DNA of 64,000 nucleotides. Source: the human T2T-CHM13v2.0 reference genome, Homo sapiens. The notes under the pieces are model-generated. The model saw nothing but the letters and a program-made list of their open reading frames with translations, was not told the DNA's origin and made no database searches. Both the position numbers and the translations under genes were made by a program. The first letter of the stretch is position 1, and every line of letters begins with the position of its first letter. This document shows, one piece after another, positions 1 through 17,594 of this stretch. The stretch is from the NCBI RefSeq assembly GCF_009914755.1, contig NC_060926.1, one strand, 5' to 3'.

Positions 1-2090
1 TTTATGTTGTTGTTGTCATGTATATTAAATCTGCATACATTGAAAACTGCATTAGATAATATTATAATTTTGTGTTTAACTGTCAAATATTTTTTAAAAC
101 TTAAGAGGAGAAAAATGGTGTGTTATATTTACCCAGCTATTTATTATTTCTGTTGCTCTTCCTTCATTTCTGAAGTTCAAAGTTTCCCTCTGGTATCATT
201 TTCCTTTTGTATAAAGATCTTCCTTTAACATTGCTTTAGAATAGGTATACTGGCTATGACTTCTCTTAGTTTTTCTCCATGTGATAATGTTCTTATTTTA
301 CCTTCATTCCTGAACATACTTTTGCTGGATATAGATTTTTGGGTTGACAGTGATTTAGCACTTTACAAATATTATTCCACTTCTTTCTGGCCTCCATGAA
401 AAATCTGCAGTCATGCAAATGAATGTTCCCCTCTGTGTGATCTGTTGTGGTTTCTGGCTGCTTTAAGATTTTTTTCATTGTCTCTAATTTTCCGCAGTTT
501 ATGATGTCTCTAGGCATTGATTTCCTTGGATTTTTCAGCTTGCAGTTTGCTGGGCTCTTGTGTCTGTAAGTTAATGTTTTGAATCATATTTGGGATGTTT
601 TCAGAAATTATTCTTGATATTGTTCTGCACTGCACTCCCTTCTCCTTCTGGAACTCTGATTGACAGAGTATTAGACCTTTGTTGTTGTCACACAGGTCCC
701 TAAAGTTCTATTGGGATTTTTTCCCCCCAACCTTTTCTCTCTGTTCTTCAATTGGATAATTTCTGTTGAGCTGTTTACATGCTTACTGATTCTTTCCTTT
801 TTCATCTCATTTTATAATTGTACTCTGCCACTGGATTTTATTTTAGTTATTTTATATTTTTCATTACTAACATCTCCACTTTATTTTTTATCTATTTATC
901 TGCTATTATTTTTCATTTATGTCAAAAGTGTTCACCCTTACTTCTTAGAGCATGGTGATATAAGAGCTGCTTTAAAGTCTTTTTCTGATAATTCCAACAA
1001 CTGTGTCATCTTGGTGTTGCCATTGTTGACTATCTTTTCCCTTAAAAGTTATTGAGATCTCATAGTTCTTTGTGTGTCAGGTAATTTTCGATTGTATTCT
1101 GGGCATCTTAAATGTTATGTTATGAGACTCTGGGCCTTGTTTAGTTCCTATGGATAATAATGATTATTAAATTTTTTAAGCAGTTGACCCAGTTAAGTTC
1201 AGGCTGCAAGCTCTTACTGGCCTTCAGGGGCTGTTTCTTATGTCAGTTTGTCAGTTCAGGTTTTAAGATGTTTGCAGTGCCACTTGGATAATGTGGATCA
1301 CCCAGTGGCCCCTGTGGGACCTGAAATATGTTCTACCCCATGGTTCAGTTCCCAAAAGACTCTTATATGCTGTTCAGGGTCAGATCCACTCATACAGCTT
1401 GGGGGTAAGTGCGGGAACTCATACACAACATTATGGGATCTTCTGCTTGAGACCCCTCCTCTTGGCATTCTCCCAGGCACTTCCTGGTGTCTAGGAGCCC
1501 TCCTTTCCTAGTTTTCTTGATGGAAAGCTGGGGCTTTCATTTTCCCTCTGCCATACACTTCCTGCAACTGTGTCTGCCTCTGAAACCAAGTGGCAGGGAG
1601 ACAGAGATAGAAAAAAGAAACAAGGATTCTCTCCCATGCCCTTGGGACCACAGTTCCTCTGGTCAGAGAGGATTCCTGTCCCTCAGAATTTTAGATGTCT
1701 GCACGACCACCACTGCCATTACCATAATGAGGTTGCCTAGGGGAATAGGGTGGGAGAAATCATCACTCAAATACACATCCCTCATTCCCTCATACCCTTA
1801 AGGACCCTTTTCCCTCTCTTCAGATCTGAGAGGGCTTCTTTTGGAGTCCTTTATGTCCATGCCCAGTTTCAAGCTGGTATTGAGTTCAGACCAGGGCACA
1901 CCACAGGAACAACAAAACAAGAAACTCACCACAGGATCAGTGTTACTTCGAATTCTGGTTTCCTTCCCCAGTCTACCTGCTGCTGTTTCCCTCTAGAGTC
2001 CTCAAACGGCTGATCTATACACTCTCCCCAAGGTTTTTAGTTGTGTTCAAATGGATGGGGTGAAGTGTGCAACTCCGTCTTTATCATTGT
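1..2090 (-). mobile_element. Old L1M-type LINE fragment (ORF1 and 5' region), degenerate
   Basis: Minus-strand ORF 293..517 (MEARKKWNNICKVL...CQPKNLYPAKV) resembles the L1 ORF1p C-terminus. The + strand is T-rich. Boundaries are approximate. Confidence 0.75.
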
Positions 2091-3052
2091 TTGTATATTG
2101 ATGTTTCTGGAAATCACTAAAAGAATTTTCTAAGCACTGTTTGCTTAATAGTATGAGGAATAAAAAAGCAAAAAGTAAGGGAAGAAGCATTTATTTGAAT
2201 ACATACCACAATTTTTAAGTTAATACAATAACTTCATAAGGTAGAAAAAAATCAAGAGGGGCCAGGTTTATCTCTGGACAATGGGATGATACAGAAAAGG
2301 CTTATATCCCTGGTCATCCCAAAGCCACAGCCAACAGTGGTCCTTACTGTCTGAAGGGCAGTGTCTGCTTCATAATTAGGAGATGTCACGGATTTCGTGA
2401 GTTGTGTTTTAATGAAGCATTCCAAAAAGACTATGCCTTAGCTAAAACTAATAGTCTTGCTTTCGGGGAGATATCAGGCTGTGTGGCTCACCAGCTTGGG
2501 GAGAGTTGGGAGTCTGAAGACCTTCTCCACAGTCCTGACTTCATCCATGGAATGACAGCCTATCCATGTGGCCAGATAGGTTGCCCACTGCAGACTCCAG
2601 GTGAAGTTTTTCTTGTGAGTTTTGATGTGAAAGGCATCCCCTGGAGCTGTGCATATTTTGGTTCTGTGCTCTGTTCACAATGAAAAGTCCTCAGCAATTA
2701 GAAAGACTGCAGGGTGGCAATGACAGCCTGTCATTTCTTTTCTTCATTTGCCCTCTGTCTCTTTCCTCCTCTTCCAGTGCTGGAGAAAGACGATCATTAC
2801 CTCTCCAGAGTCTTTGAATCTCCCTAGAAGAAGCCATCCACTCTCCCAGAGTGCTCCAACGGGACTGAACCACATGGGCTGGCCAGAGCACACACCAGGC
2901 ACTGGTGAGTTACGCGCCTCTCTCTTTTGCTATGTACTCTGGATCCTGGCATGAAGGACAAGAAGCTAGTGCTGTTGGCAGCTGTATCCACTTGCCTGGT
3001 AGAAGTAGCTTGAAGGTGAGAGAGATAAACAATTGTCCTCTTCCTTCAGTTA

Positions 3053-3679
<627 letters not shown>

Positions 3680-5494
3680 GGAATTCCTAGAGTCCCCCAG
3701 CTTGGCTCCATTAGTTAATTTTGAGCAGAACTACTGACTGTCCCTTCGTCTCGTAGTAGGATGTATAACTTCCAGGAGACAGAATCATGTAGGGAGCTGT
3801 CTCTAATCAGCTGATGGAACTTGGGTGTTTTCCGTTCTGAGGAATAATGGCCTCTTCCTTGAGTTTTATGGCAGCCTGTATGAGTCCTTTCTCCAAACTA
3901 TAGCAAATAGCATCACATCACATATCTGTCCATAAAAGGCCTGGCTTTCTGTGTTAGAAGGGAATTGGGCCGCAGGTGAGAGCCAGGATGGGGCCTCTTT
4001 ATGTAGAACAACCACCTTCCTCACACCCAACCCAGCAGGGCTGGACACGCTAAGTGAGGCTCAAGGCACATCTGTCTTCTGGTGGAAGGACAGATGTGGG
4101 GTCTCAGGTCTTGAGCAGGTGCAGATTGTGTTAGGTGGTGACCTTACAGTCTAAAAGCTCATGGCTGCTGGAGGGAGGGGCCAAATCTGGTGTTGAAGAA
4201 AGATGAACAAGGGTAAAGCCCTAAGAGTTAGAAAAACAAAACAGCCACACCTGTCAAATGCGTGCTTTGTCCAGGCTTGGGAGGAGCGAGCTGGCAGTGG
4301 AGGCTGTTGGTAGTCAGGTCCTGTCGGTGCCGAAGACCCATAGAAAGCCAGTGTGGTGAGGCAGAGGATGACGGTGCATGATGGTTGGCCCTGAATGCTG
4401 GAGTTTGGCATGTGCCTTGCTAAGGAATCAGCTCTGATGCAGACTCTGAGTTGAGCTCTGAATCTGACTCAGCACATTCGAGGTGCTGGTCCTGAGGGAG
4501 CTGGCTGCTCAGATTAGCTGGTGGATGTGGTGGTTGTCCATCAGCAGATGGATGTATTTAGGCTGCACTGTGAAGTGGAGTTTTATTCTTTCCCACATAA
4601 AGTTGTGATCTTAAACTCACAAGCAAAGTTATGAAAAGGTGTTTGACAAGTGTTGAAGAAACTTTCCCAATTTCTTGCATGAGCCCTTCATTAAGTCATA
4701 GAGTTATTTAGAGTCTTGTGGAAGGGACAGTAACCAGGGAGAGGAATCTTTCCAGAGAGAATCCTCAAAGCTGATTTTGGCCTTTCAAGTCAGTACCTCC
4801 TTACAATTCAGAGCTTCATAATCATATTTTCCTATTATTTCAGTGTCACTTGAAATAATTGGCAGATGAGTTCATTGCAGAGGAAATTTTAAAACCTTCA
4901 TGCCACCAGTGACATCCAGCATGTATGAATACCAAGGGCAATGCTCTGGAAGTCAGAGGTCAGGGCTCTAGCCACACTTCACCCTAGGGTGAGAAATTGG
5001 GCACATCCCTCCATTTCCCTATATGTCAGGTTCCTTTTTTCTTTTTTTCTCAGAAATTCTGCAAGAAAGTAATCAGATTCCTTTTTCTTCAAAAAAGGAG
5101 TGAAAGCTCCTGTTTTCCTATTTTGTAAGGATAATGGGAGAGACTAGCCTGGACTATCCTGGAGTTTAGCTTAGGAAAGCTTTCTTTTCTTTTCTTAATT
5201 ACTGCTTCCACTTCCAACTGATCTGTTCCTGACTGTAGAATTTCTACTTTGTAGAGATTATATTTCTAGTTTCTATCCCTGGAATCTGTCATCATTCTCA
5301 TTTGAATTCTCATTCAAATTTGATCCATTTTCTGCCCAGTTCTGGGAGAATTTCTGTTTCATCTTCTGCTTTGTTTTCCTGTTTTGTTTTGTTTTTTTCT
5401 CACCTGTGTTCACTGCCTTCACTGGCAGTTTGTGATTCAGTGATCATGTTTTTAATCTGCAACAATCTTTCCAATGTCCTTTTGAAGCCATTAA

Positions 5495-5920
<426 letters not shown>

Positions 5921-6215
5921 TGTTTGTTTTTCGATGGGGTCTCGCTCTGTCGCCCAGGCTGCAGTGCAGTGGTGCGATCGATCTCGGCTCACTGCAGCCT
6001 CCACTTCCTGGGTTCAAGCAATTCTCCTGCCTCAGCCCCCAAGTAGCTGGGGTTACAGGTCCCCACCACCATGCCCAGCTAATTGTTGTATTTTTAGTAG
6101 AGACAGGGTTTTGCCATGTTGGCCAGGCTGGTCTCGAACTCCTGACCTCAGGTGATCTGTTTGCCTCAGTTTCCCAAAGTGCTGGAATTACAGGCGTGAG
6201 CCACCACACATGGCC
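5921..6215 (-). mobile_element. AluS element, tandem to the previous Alu
   Basis: Full dimer on the minus strand. Confidence 0.9.
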
Positions 6216-6817
6216 TCTTTTGAGGCTTTTTATTAATAGGTGAAATTTCTTTATTTGCTCGTCTGTGAGGACAGCAGTCTTCCCCCAGCAGTGGTGTGTT
6301 GTTAAGTAGCACTGGAAGTGACGTTCTTTCAGAGATTGTTATGGGTTCCTGTTAACATCCTTCAAACACAGCTGAAGGAGGATGAGGAAGGCAAGGCTTT
6401 CTTGTGATGAATGCCATGAGTCAGCGCCTAGAGGCTTGTGGGGAGCTGTCAGTAGTCCTGGCAGGGAGCTCCTCCCCCTCACTAGAATTTCTTCTCCACG
6501 TTTGGAAGGGTGGCCAAGAATCAGCCTGATGTGGGAGCAGGCCACCTCTCCCTGGCAAATCGGTGTCCAAGATAAACCCCCACCACACCCGCCCCTCTCT
6601 CAGTGGAGCTGGCAGGGCCAGGTACATCTCTGAGAGTCCCTGATGCCTCCAGAGTTCGTGCCTGTGGCTTTGGAAGGGTTGGCTGGGTTTTACCAGGACT
6701 ACCTGGTAGTATGGTTATTTCACAAGCTGTAGGTCACCTCTTTCTTCAAACCACTTTGTTGTATCTTGTGGCTAACACCCTTCATCAGTCTCTAGTTACT
6801 AGTAAAGGATGCTTTCT

Positions 6818-7220
6818 ATTTTTTAAACAGCTTTGTTGAGCTATAGTCATATACAGTTCGGTGGCAGGATATTCACAGATACGTGCGGTCATCACCAGTC
6901 CATTTTAGAACATTGTCAGCACCTCATAAGAAGCTCTGTACCTTTAGCTATTACCCCCCCCCACCACCCGAAGGAACCACTTATCTACTTCCTGTCTCTG
7001 TAAATTCCCTACCCTGGATTTGCCTATGGATGGAATCATGTAGGAACTGGTTTTGTGACTGGCTTCTCTCACTTATAATAATGTTTTCAAGGTTCTTCCA
7101 CATGTCACATGTACTTCAGTACTTCATTTCTTTCTTTGGCCAAATAATATTCCATTGTATGGATACACCACAGTTTGCTTATTTATTCATCCACTGATGA
7201 GCAATTGGATTACTTCTACT
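6818..7220 (-). mobile_element. L1M 3'-end fragment
   Basis: ttttaaacagctttgttgag...tattccattgtatggatacaccacagtttg is typical antisense L1M 3' UTR sequence. Confidence 0.7.
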
Positions 7221-7826
7221 ACCTTGCACTTCAGTGCTAGGGAGATGGCTTCTGTCCTTAAATCTCAGGAACCAACCTCTGCTAGGTTTAGACTTTTCTT
7301 TTACAGCTTCCTCACTTCTCTCAGCCTTCATACAATTGGAAAGAGTTAAGGCCTTGCTCTGGATTAGGCCTTAGCTTAAAGGAGTGTTGTGGCTGATTTG
7401 ATCTTCTATCTAGACCACTAAAACTTTCTTCCTATTGCAATCAGGCTGTTTCACTTTCTTATTCATGTGCTAACTGGAGTAGCACTTTTCATTTCCTACA
7501 AGAACTGCTCCTTCACTTTCAGAACTTGGCTGTTTGGCTTGAGAGGCCTAGCTTCTGGGCCATCTTGGCTTTGACATGCCTTCCTTACTAAGCTGAATCA
7601 TTTCTAGCTTTTGATTTAAAGTTAGAGATATGTGACTCTTCCTTTCACTTGAAAACTTAAAGGCCATTACTGGGTTATTAATTGGCCTAATTTCCATATT
7701 GTGTCTCATGAATAGGGAAGCCCAAGGAGAGGGAGAGAGACAGAGGAATGGATGGTCGGTGGAGCAGTTGGAACACACAACATTTATTGATTAAATTTGC
7801 CATCTTCTATGGGCACAGTTCATGGC
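7221..7826 (-). mobile_element. Tigger1 DNA transposon fragment
   Basis: Minus-strand ORF 7548..7778 contains SSERKSHISLTLNQKLEMIQLSKEGMSK, matching the Tigger1 (pogo-like) transposase N-terminus. It is frameshifted. Confidence 0.88.
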
Positions 7827-7829
7827 ATG

Positions 7830-10837
<3,008 letters not shown>

Positions 10838-10854
10838 AAAAAATCCTTTTAGCA

Positions 10855-12381
10855 CATTTAACACACTATCCCACTGTCTTCTGGCTTCTGGAGTTTCTGC
10901 TAAGAAATCAATTGTTAATCATATTGAAGAAGGCTTGATGAGTTATATGTTGTTTGCTGCTATTCTCTTTTAGGATATTCCCCCTTGTCTTTTACTTTCA
11001 GCATTTTTACTATGATGTGTCTGTCTGTGGATCTCTGGAATTATTTTACTTGGAAATAACTGAGTTTCCTGGGTGTGTAGGTTATTGTTTTTCAATAAAT
11101 TTGGAAAGTTTTCAGCCATTATTTCTTTGAATATTTTCCCCTTCCCCTTTTTCTCTCTCTTTCTGATATTCCCATTACACATATGTTGGTGCACTTAATA
11201 GTGTCCTACACTTCTCTGAGGCTTTGTTCATTTTTTTTTCATGGTTTTCCCTTTGTTCTTTGGCTTATGTAATTTCTATTGATCTATCTTCAAGTTTGCT
11301 AATTATTTCTTCCATCTATTCAAACCAGCTGTTGAGCCCTTCTAGTGAACTTTTTATTTCAGTTATTGTACTTTTCAACTCCAGAATTTCCTTTTTTAAA
11401 AAATTTGAATGCGTTCATTGATATTCTCTGTTTGGTGAGACACTGTCATCACATCTTTTGTCTTTTAATCATGTTTCCTTTAGTTCTGTGAACATGTTTA
11501 TAATTACTACCTTGGACTTGATAAATCTGATATGTAGTCATTCTCACAGGCAGTTTCTATTGCCAGCTTTTTTCCCCATTGTATGGGTCAAACTTTCCTG
11601 TTCCTTTGCATATGTCATAATTTTTGGTTGGAAACTGGGCATTTTAGATAATATTATAGCCACTCTGAGAACCGCTCCCCCACTAGATTTGCTATTATTA
11701 TTTGCTTATTTATTAACTACATGAACTGTTTTATTTTAGTGAAGTCTATTTCCCTTCCCGTGGGGTTAAGCTTCTGATGTTGCTCCTAAAGGAGATACAG
11801 CACTGGGTATGCCCACAGTCACCCATGGATGGCAGTGGCTTTACTAGGGCTCTCTTCTATATTTCTCTGACCACACCACACTGTTAAGCTCCACTCATTG
11901 GTTGCTGATTGCTCTGTTATTTTCAATATTGTCCTGGGGCATAAATTGCTTTACAAGCTATCAAATGCTGGCACACCTCAGAAAGGATCACTTTCTGAGG
12001 TCAGTGTTTGGTATTTCTTCTGATCCTAGAAGGGCTCCTCCCAGCTACCTTATTCTCTGTTCTCTCATGCAAACTAGTGGGGTTACAGTCCAGGCTATAT
12101 GTCCATTAGAGCCACAGATTTCCTCTTAATTCCTTCACTGCAACCTCCACTGTTCTTGAAAGCACCTTTAGGTTGCAGCTTCTCCATGCTCTGTTACAAA
12201 CTGAGCCCAGTTCCTTTAGGAAGAGATCAGGAGCTATCTGTTTTACAACCTGCTTCCCCCAGGCAAAATCTTTGAGCCAGAGCTCAAGCTCTGTGGAGCC
12301 CTTGGGGAGGGAGAGCAGTAGCCTAATGTCCTCTCAGCTTGCCTCTCCTGGCATGGAACCACCACCTTAGAAGCAGGGGTA
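10855..12381 (-). mobile_element. Old L1M fragment (ORF1 and 5' region); resumes at about 14311-14640
   Basis: Minus-strand ORF 10970..11194 (KIFKEIMAENFPNLLK) is L1 ORF1p-like. Confidence 0.78.
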
Positions 12382-14297
12382 GTTTCTTTTGCTATCAGTC
12401 TGCCCCTACTGGGGGGTACCTCAAAGGATATGAACAGACACTTCTCAAAAGAAGACATTTATGCAGCCAAAAGACACATGAAAAAATGCTCATCATCACT
12501 GGCCATCAGAGAAATGCAAATCAAAACCACAATGAGATACCATCTCACACCAGTTAGAATGGCAATCATTAAATAGTCAGGAAACAACAGGTGCTGGAGA
12601 GGATGTGGAGAAATAGGAACACTTTTACACTGTTGGTGGGACTGTAAACTAGTTCAACCATTGTGGAAGTCAGTGTGGCGACTCCTCAGGGATCTAGAAC
12701 TAGAAATACCATTTGACCCAGCCATCCCATTACTGGGTATACACCCAAAGGACTATAAATCATGCTGCTATAAAGACACATGCACACGTATGTTTATTGC
12801 GGCACTATTCACAATAGCAAAGACTTGGAACCAACCCAAATGTCCAACAATGATAGACTGGATTAAGAAAATGTGGCACATATACACCATGGAATACTAT
12901 GCAGCCATAAAAAATGATGAGTTCATGTCCTTTGTAGGGACGTGGATGAAATTGGAAATCATCATTCTCAGTAAACTATCACAAGGACAAAAAACCAAAC
13001 ACCACGTTCTCACTCATAGATGGAAATTGAACAATGAGAACACATGGACACAGGAAGGGGAACATCACACTCAGGGGACTGTCGTGGGGTGGGGGGAGGG
13101 GGGAGGGATAGCATTAGGAGATAGACCTAATGCCAAATCACGAGTCTGCAGCACACCAGCATGGCACATGTATACATATGGAACTAACCTGCACATTGTG
13201 CACATGTACCCTAAAACTTAAAGTATAATTTTAAAAAAAGCCAATAAATAAATAAATATATAAATACATAAAAAATAAAGTGTTGTACCCTAAGAAAAAA
13301 GTTAAACCAAAAATAGATAAGCCTTTTCAGGGATTACAGGCTCTTCTCAATTCCTTTACATACCATAAAACTTACCCTTTTAAAGTGTGCAATTTAATAG
13401 TTTTTTGTTTTTTACATTTTAAAGGATTGTTAACAAATAAAATAAAATAAAAAGACTAATTCTTCACAAACTCTTCCAAAAAGTAGAAGAGGAGGGAACA
13501 CTTCCCAACTCATTCTTTTTTTTTTTTGTATGTCATTACAATGGAATTCAGTTCAGCAATTAAAGGAATAAACTTCTGATACATGCTGCGACATAGATGA
13601 ACTTCAAAACATTATTCTAAGTGAAAGAAGCCAGGCTCAAAAGATCATATATTATATGATTACATTTATATGAAATTCTTGAAAGACAAATTTATAGAGA
13701 CAATAATCAGAACAGTTGTTGCATAAAGTGAGAATCGGGATTAACTATAAATAGGCATGAAGGAACATTTTGGGTGGGGGTGTTGAGAATGTTCTAAAAT
13801 TGGATTGTAATGATTGTTGATAACTGCAAATATACTAAAATTGTTAAATTGTACACTCGTGGGCTGGATGTTTGTGTTCCTCCAAAAATTCATGTGTCGA
13901 AATCCTATACCCCGATATGATGGTATTGGGAGGTAAGGCCTTTGGGAGGTAATTAGATCATGAAGGTGGATCCTTCATGAATGGGATTAGTTCCCTTATA
14001 AAAGAACCCCAGAAAACTCTCTAGCCCTCTTTCCCACCGTGTGAGGATACAATGTGAAATCGGTAGTCTGCAACCTGGAAGAGGGCCCTCACTGGAACTT
14101 GGCCAGGCTGGCACCCTGATATCAGACGTCCAGCTTCCCTAACTGTGAGAAATAAATTCCTATTTTTTTTATAAGCCACTCAGTCTGTAGTATCCAATTA
14201 TAGCAGCCTGAACTAAGGCATTTTACAATGGGTAGATTTTAATGGTATGTAATTTATATTCAATAAAGTTTTTAAAAGGAACAAAAAAAAAAAAGAA
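12382..14297 (+). mobile_element. L1PA2/3-type insertion with inverted 5' pieces, a 3' L1 segment (12422-~13240) and a ~1 kb 3' transduction
   Basis: Perfect 13-bp TSD AGAAGCAGGGGTA at 12369-12381 and 14298-14310. ORF2p C-terminal ORF at 12661..13221. AATAAA at 14262-14267 and an A-rich tail immediately before the 3' TSD. Confidence 0.88.
13858..14220 (+). mobile_element. MLT1A-like MaLR LTR inside an L1M 3' end, within the transduced segment
   Basis: gatgtttgtgttcctccaaaaattcatg...gtgagaaataaattc...ttatagcagcctgaactaaggca matches the MLT1A/MST consensus as I recall it. Confidence 0.8.
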
Positions 14298-14548
14298 AGA
14301 AGCAGGGGTAAAGGCTCCCCAAGGCTCAGTATGCTCAGCTTGCCAAAGAAGGAAGTCACCCCGGCTCACCACTCTCATCAGTAACAGACGGCTTCCTGAC
14401 TAAGCCTCAGCAACAGGTGGCTGGGGGCAGGATGAGAAATACCACTGTCCTCCTCTTCCAGGGAAGAAAGATCCCTGGCTGAGAGGTGTAGGGAGAAGGA
14501 GCCCTGTGTTTTTGGCTGTAGTCTGGAGTGGAGTCTCTGCCTCAGTGA

Positions 14549-14977
<429 letters not shown>

Positions 14978-15206
14978 TGAATAGATGTTTCTTTATTTGC
15001 TGTTTACTCTTCAGGACCATTCCAGAGGTTTTAAATGGTTGTTTTTAAAACAGTGTTCACCAGTTTCACTGAGGATCAGGTCAATGGAGTTCCTCTCACT
15101 GTCCTGCAAAAGTCAATCTCATTTTCTCTAGTATTGGTCATTTCAGTGAGAGTCTTAGAGCAGATGTTGAATGGCTGTGCTCATGGCATATCTAGATACA
15201 TTTCTT

Positions 15207-15521
<315 letters not shown>

Positions 15522-15659
15522 TAAACTTCCTTCTTTTATTGCCAGCAGCTAGCATGATGTTCTGCACATAGAAGGTTTACAGTGTCATTTGCCAAGGACA
15601 TTGATGGTATTCCAACACAAAGTGTCTGGGGAATCCTCTGAATGGGGAGAAAGGGAATT

Positions 15660-16065
15660 AACGGTTGCACAGTGGTTCAAAGCATGAGTGGCGAGCACTG
15701 GAACCAATTCCACCACTTCTGAGCGTATAATCTTGGATTATTCTGAGCCTCAGTTAATTTCAGTGGTAAAATGGGGCTAAAATAGTAGCTATCAGATAAA
15801 GTTGTAGATATTAAATAGTATATGCAAAGTACCTCACATCTGGTATATGCTTAATAAATACCAGCTAATATTTCAGACATTGCTAGGTGTGACTGCATAT
15901 CTACACATCATTCACTTAATCCTCACAATAATCCTGCAAAAGTAGTTGTCAGTATTCCTATTTGTGGATAAGGAGAGAATGACACAGGAAGATTAAGTAA
16001 TTTGCCCAAGGTCACAACTAGGAAGAGACAGAACTGAACCCAGGATTGAACCCACATCACTCTGG
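15660..16065. mobile_element. Two MIR fragments in opposite orientations
   Basis: tctgagcctcagtt...gtaaaatgggg on + and aatcctcacaataatcctg...aagtaatttgcccaaggtcaca on -. Confidence 0.7.
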
Positions 16066-16342
16066 CCTTTGGCTTCTTTCCATCCAGCACTGTTGTGGAA
16101 ACTGAAGTGCAGGGTTAATTAGGAGAGACAGAGCAGAAGCCTGTCTCTAGACTTAGACAAGCTTTGATCCCATTCTGTTTCTGTTTTTTTGTGTACAGTA
16201 GAATTTCATTGACCACCTTCACATCATCAAGCCAGTCTCAAAAAACACTGAACCTTCTGTGCTGGCCTTTCTGATAAAGACACTGCATTATTAATTCATA
16301 CATACATAATCACGTTGCATGCATATACACACAATATATATA

Positions 16343-16846
16343 CAGTCATGTGCCATATAATAGCATTTTGGTCAGTTACAGATTGCATATACAATGGTGG
16401 TCCCCTAAGATTATAATGGAGCTAAAAAAAAATCATCAGGTGATGAGTGAATGTGAAGGCCTAGGACATTACTGTACACTATGTAGACTTTATAAACATT
16501 ACAGAACAAATTCCAGTCCTGCAAGCTGTATTCATGTTAAGTCCCTTATACAAGTGTACCATTACGATGTTAATATTTTATACTATATTTTTACTGTGCC
16601 TTTCCTATGTTTTGATTTGTTTAGATATAAGAATACTTACCATTGTGTTATCACCCTACAGTATTCAGTACAGTAACATGCTGTACAGGTTTGCAGCCTA
16701 GGAGCAGTAGGCTCTACCATATAGCCTAGGTGTGCAGTAGGCTATACATTTAGGTTTGTATAAGTTATGCTCTATGATGTTCACACAAGAAAATCACCTA
16801 ACAACACATTTCTCAGGACATATCCTTGTTCAGCAACTCATGACTG
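16343..16846 (+). mobile_element. Tigger3-family non-autonomous DNA transposon
   Basis: Terminal inverted repeats CAGTCATG...CATGACTG flanked by TA on both sides, with Tigger3-like internal sequence. Confidence 0.85.
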
Positions 16847-17594
16847 TATATGAGCAATATATGTAAATGTACCTAAATGATTATTTATGATTATAAACCT
16901 ACCATATGATGGTAAAGGGATCACCCATCTCTTTTAATAGTATCAGAAGTGGGCCTGTAAGCTTTATGGGGACGGAATCTTCCCCTGGTGAAGGCAGCTA
17001 AGTCTCCCTGCACCAGTCTTTGTCCCCAGAGATCCCCAGCACCTTTGATGGTAAGTGTTAATTTCAGCTGTCCTCACCCCCAGGGTCTTAGGAAACATAG
17101 ATCCCCTTTTCACACTGGAGCTCAAATGGGGACACTCTACCCTTACCCACAAGACAGCTAGGAGCAGGAGACCTGATTCAAAATTACTGAGGTCTCCGGA
17201 AGATTAAAAAGGGAAATGGACTCAGTAAAAGCATGGGGCTCGGCTGTCTGGCTGACACAGTGGCTCACACAGGCTCCTTCTGCTCAGGCCACAGCCATCT
17301 TTAGGCACTGGCATGGCACCCTCCACTTAGCAACACACCTCAGGCCCCTGAAAGTCCTGACCCCAGACAGCGAGAATCCTCCCTCTCCTTCCCAGCTGAC
17401 CATTGGGTCCAGCCCCCTCATTCCTCCACGGGCTGCTTGCCCAGCATGGAGCCTGCAGCAGGTGCGCTGTACTCCCTGGACACAGTGATGGGTAAGGCCC
17501 CTTTGCCCTCATGGCACACCTGGTCTGCAGGGAGCAGACGGGAGAAGCAGCAAGCCACTGACAGATGGAATAAGTGCTGAGAAGGAATCAGTGA

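Noticed and set aside
7548-7778. TIGD1-like transposase gene
   Set aside because: It is a short, disrupted Tigger1 fragment with no continuing frame.
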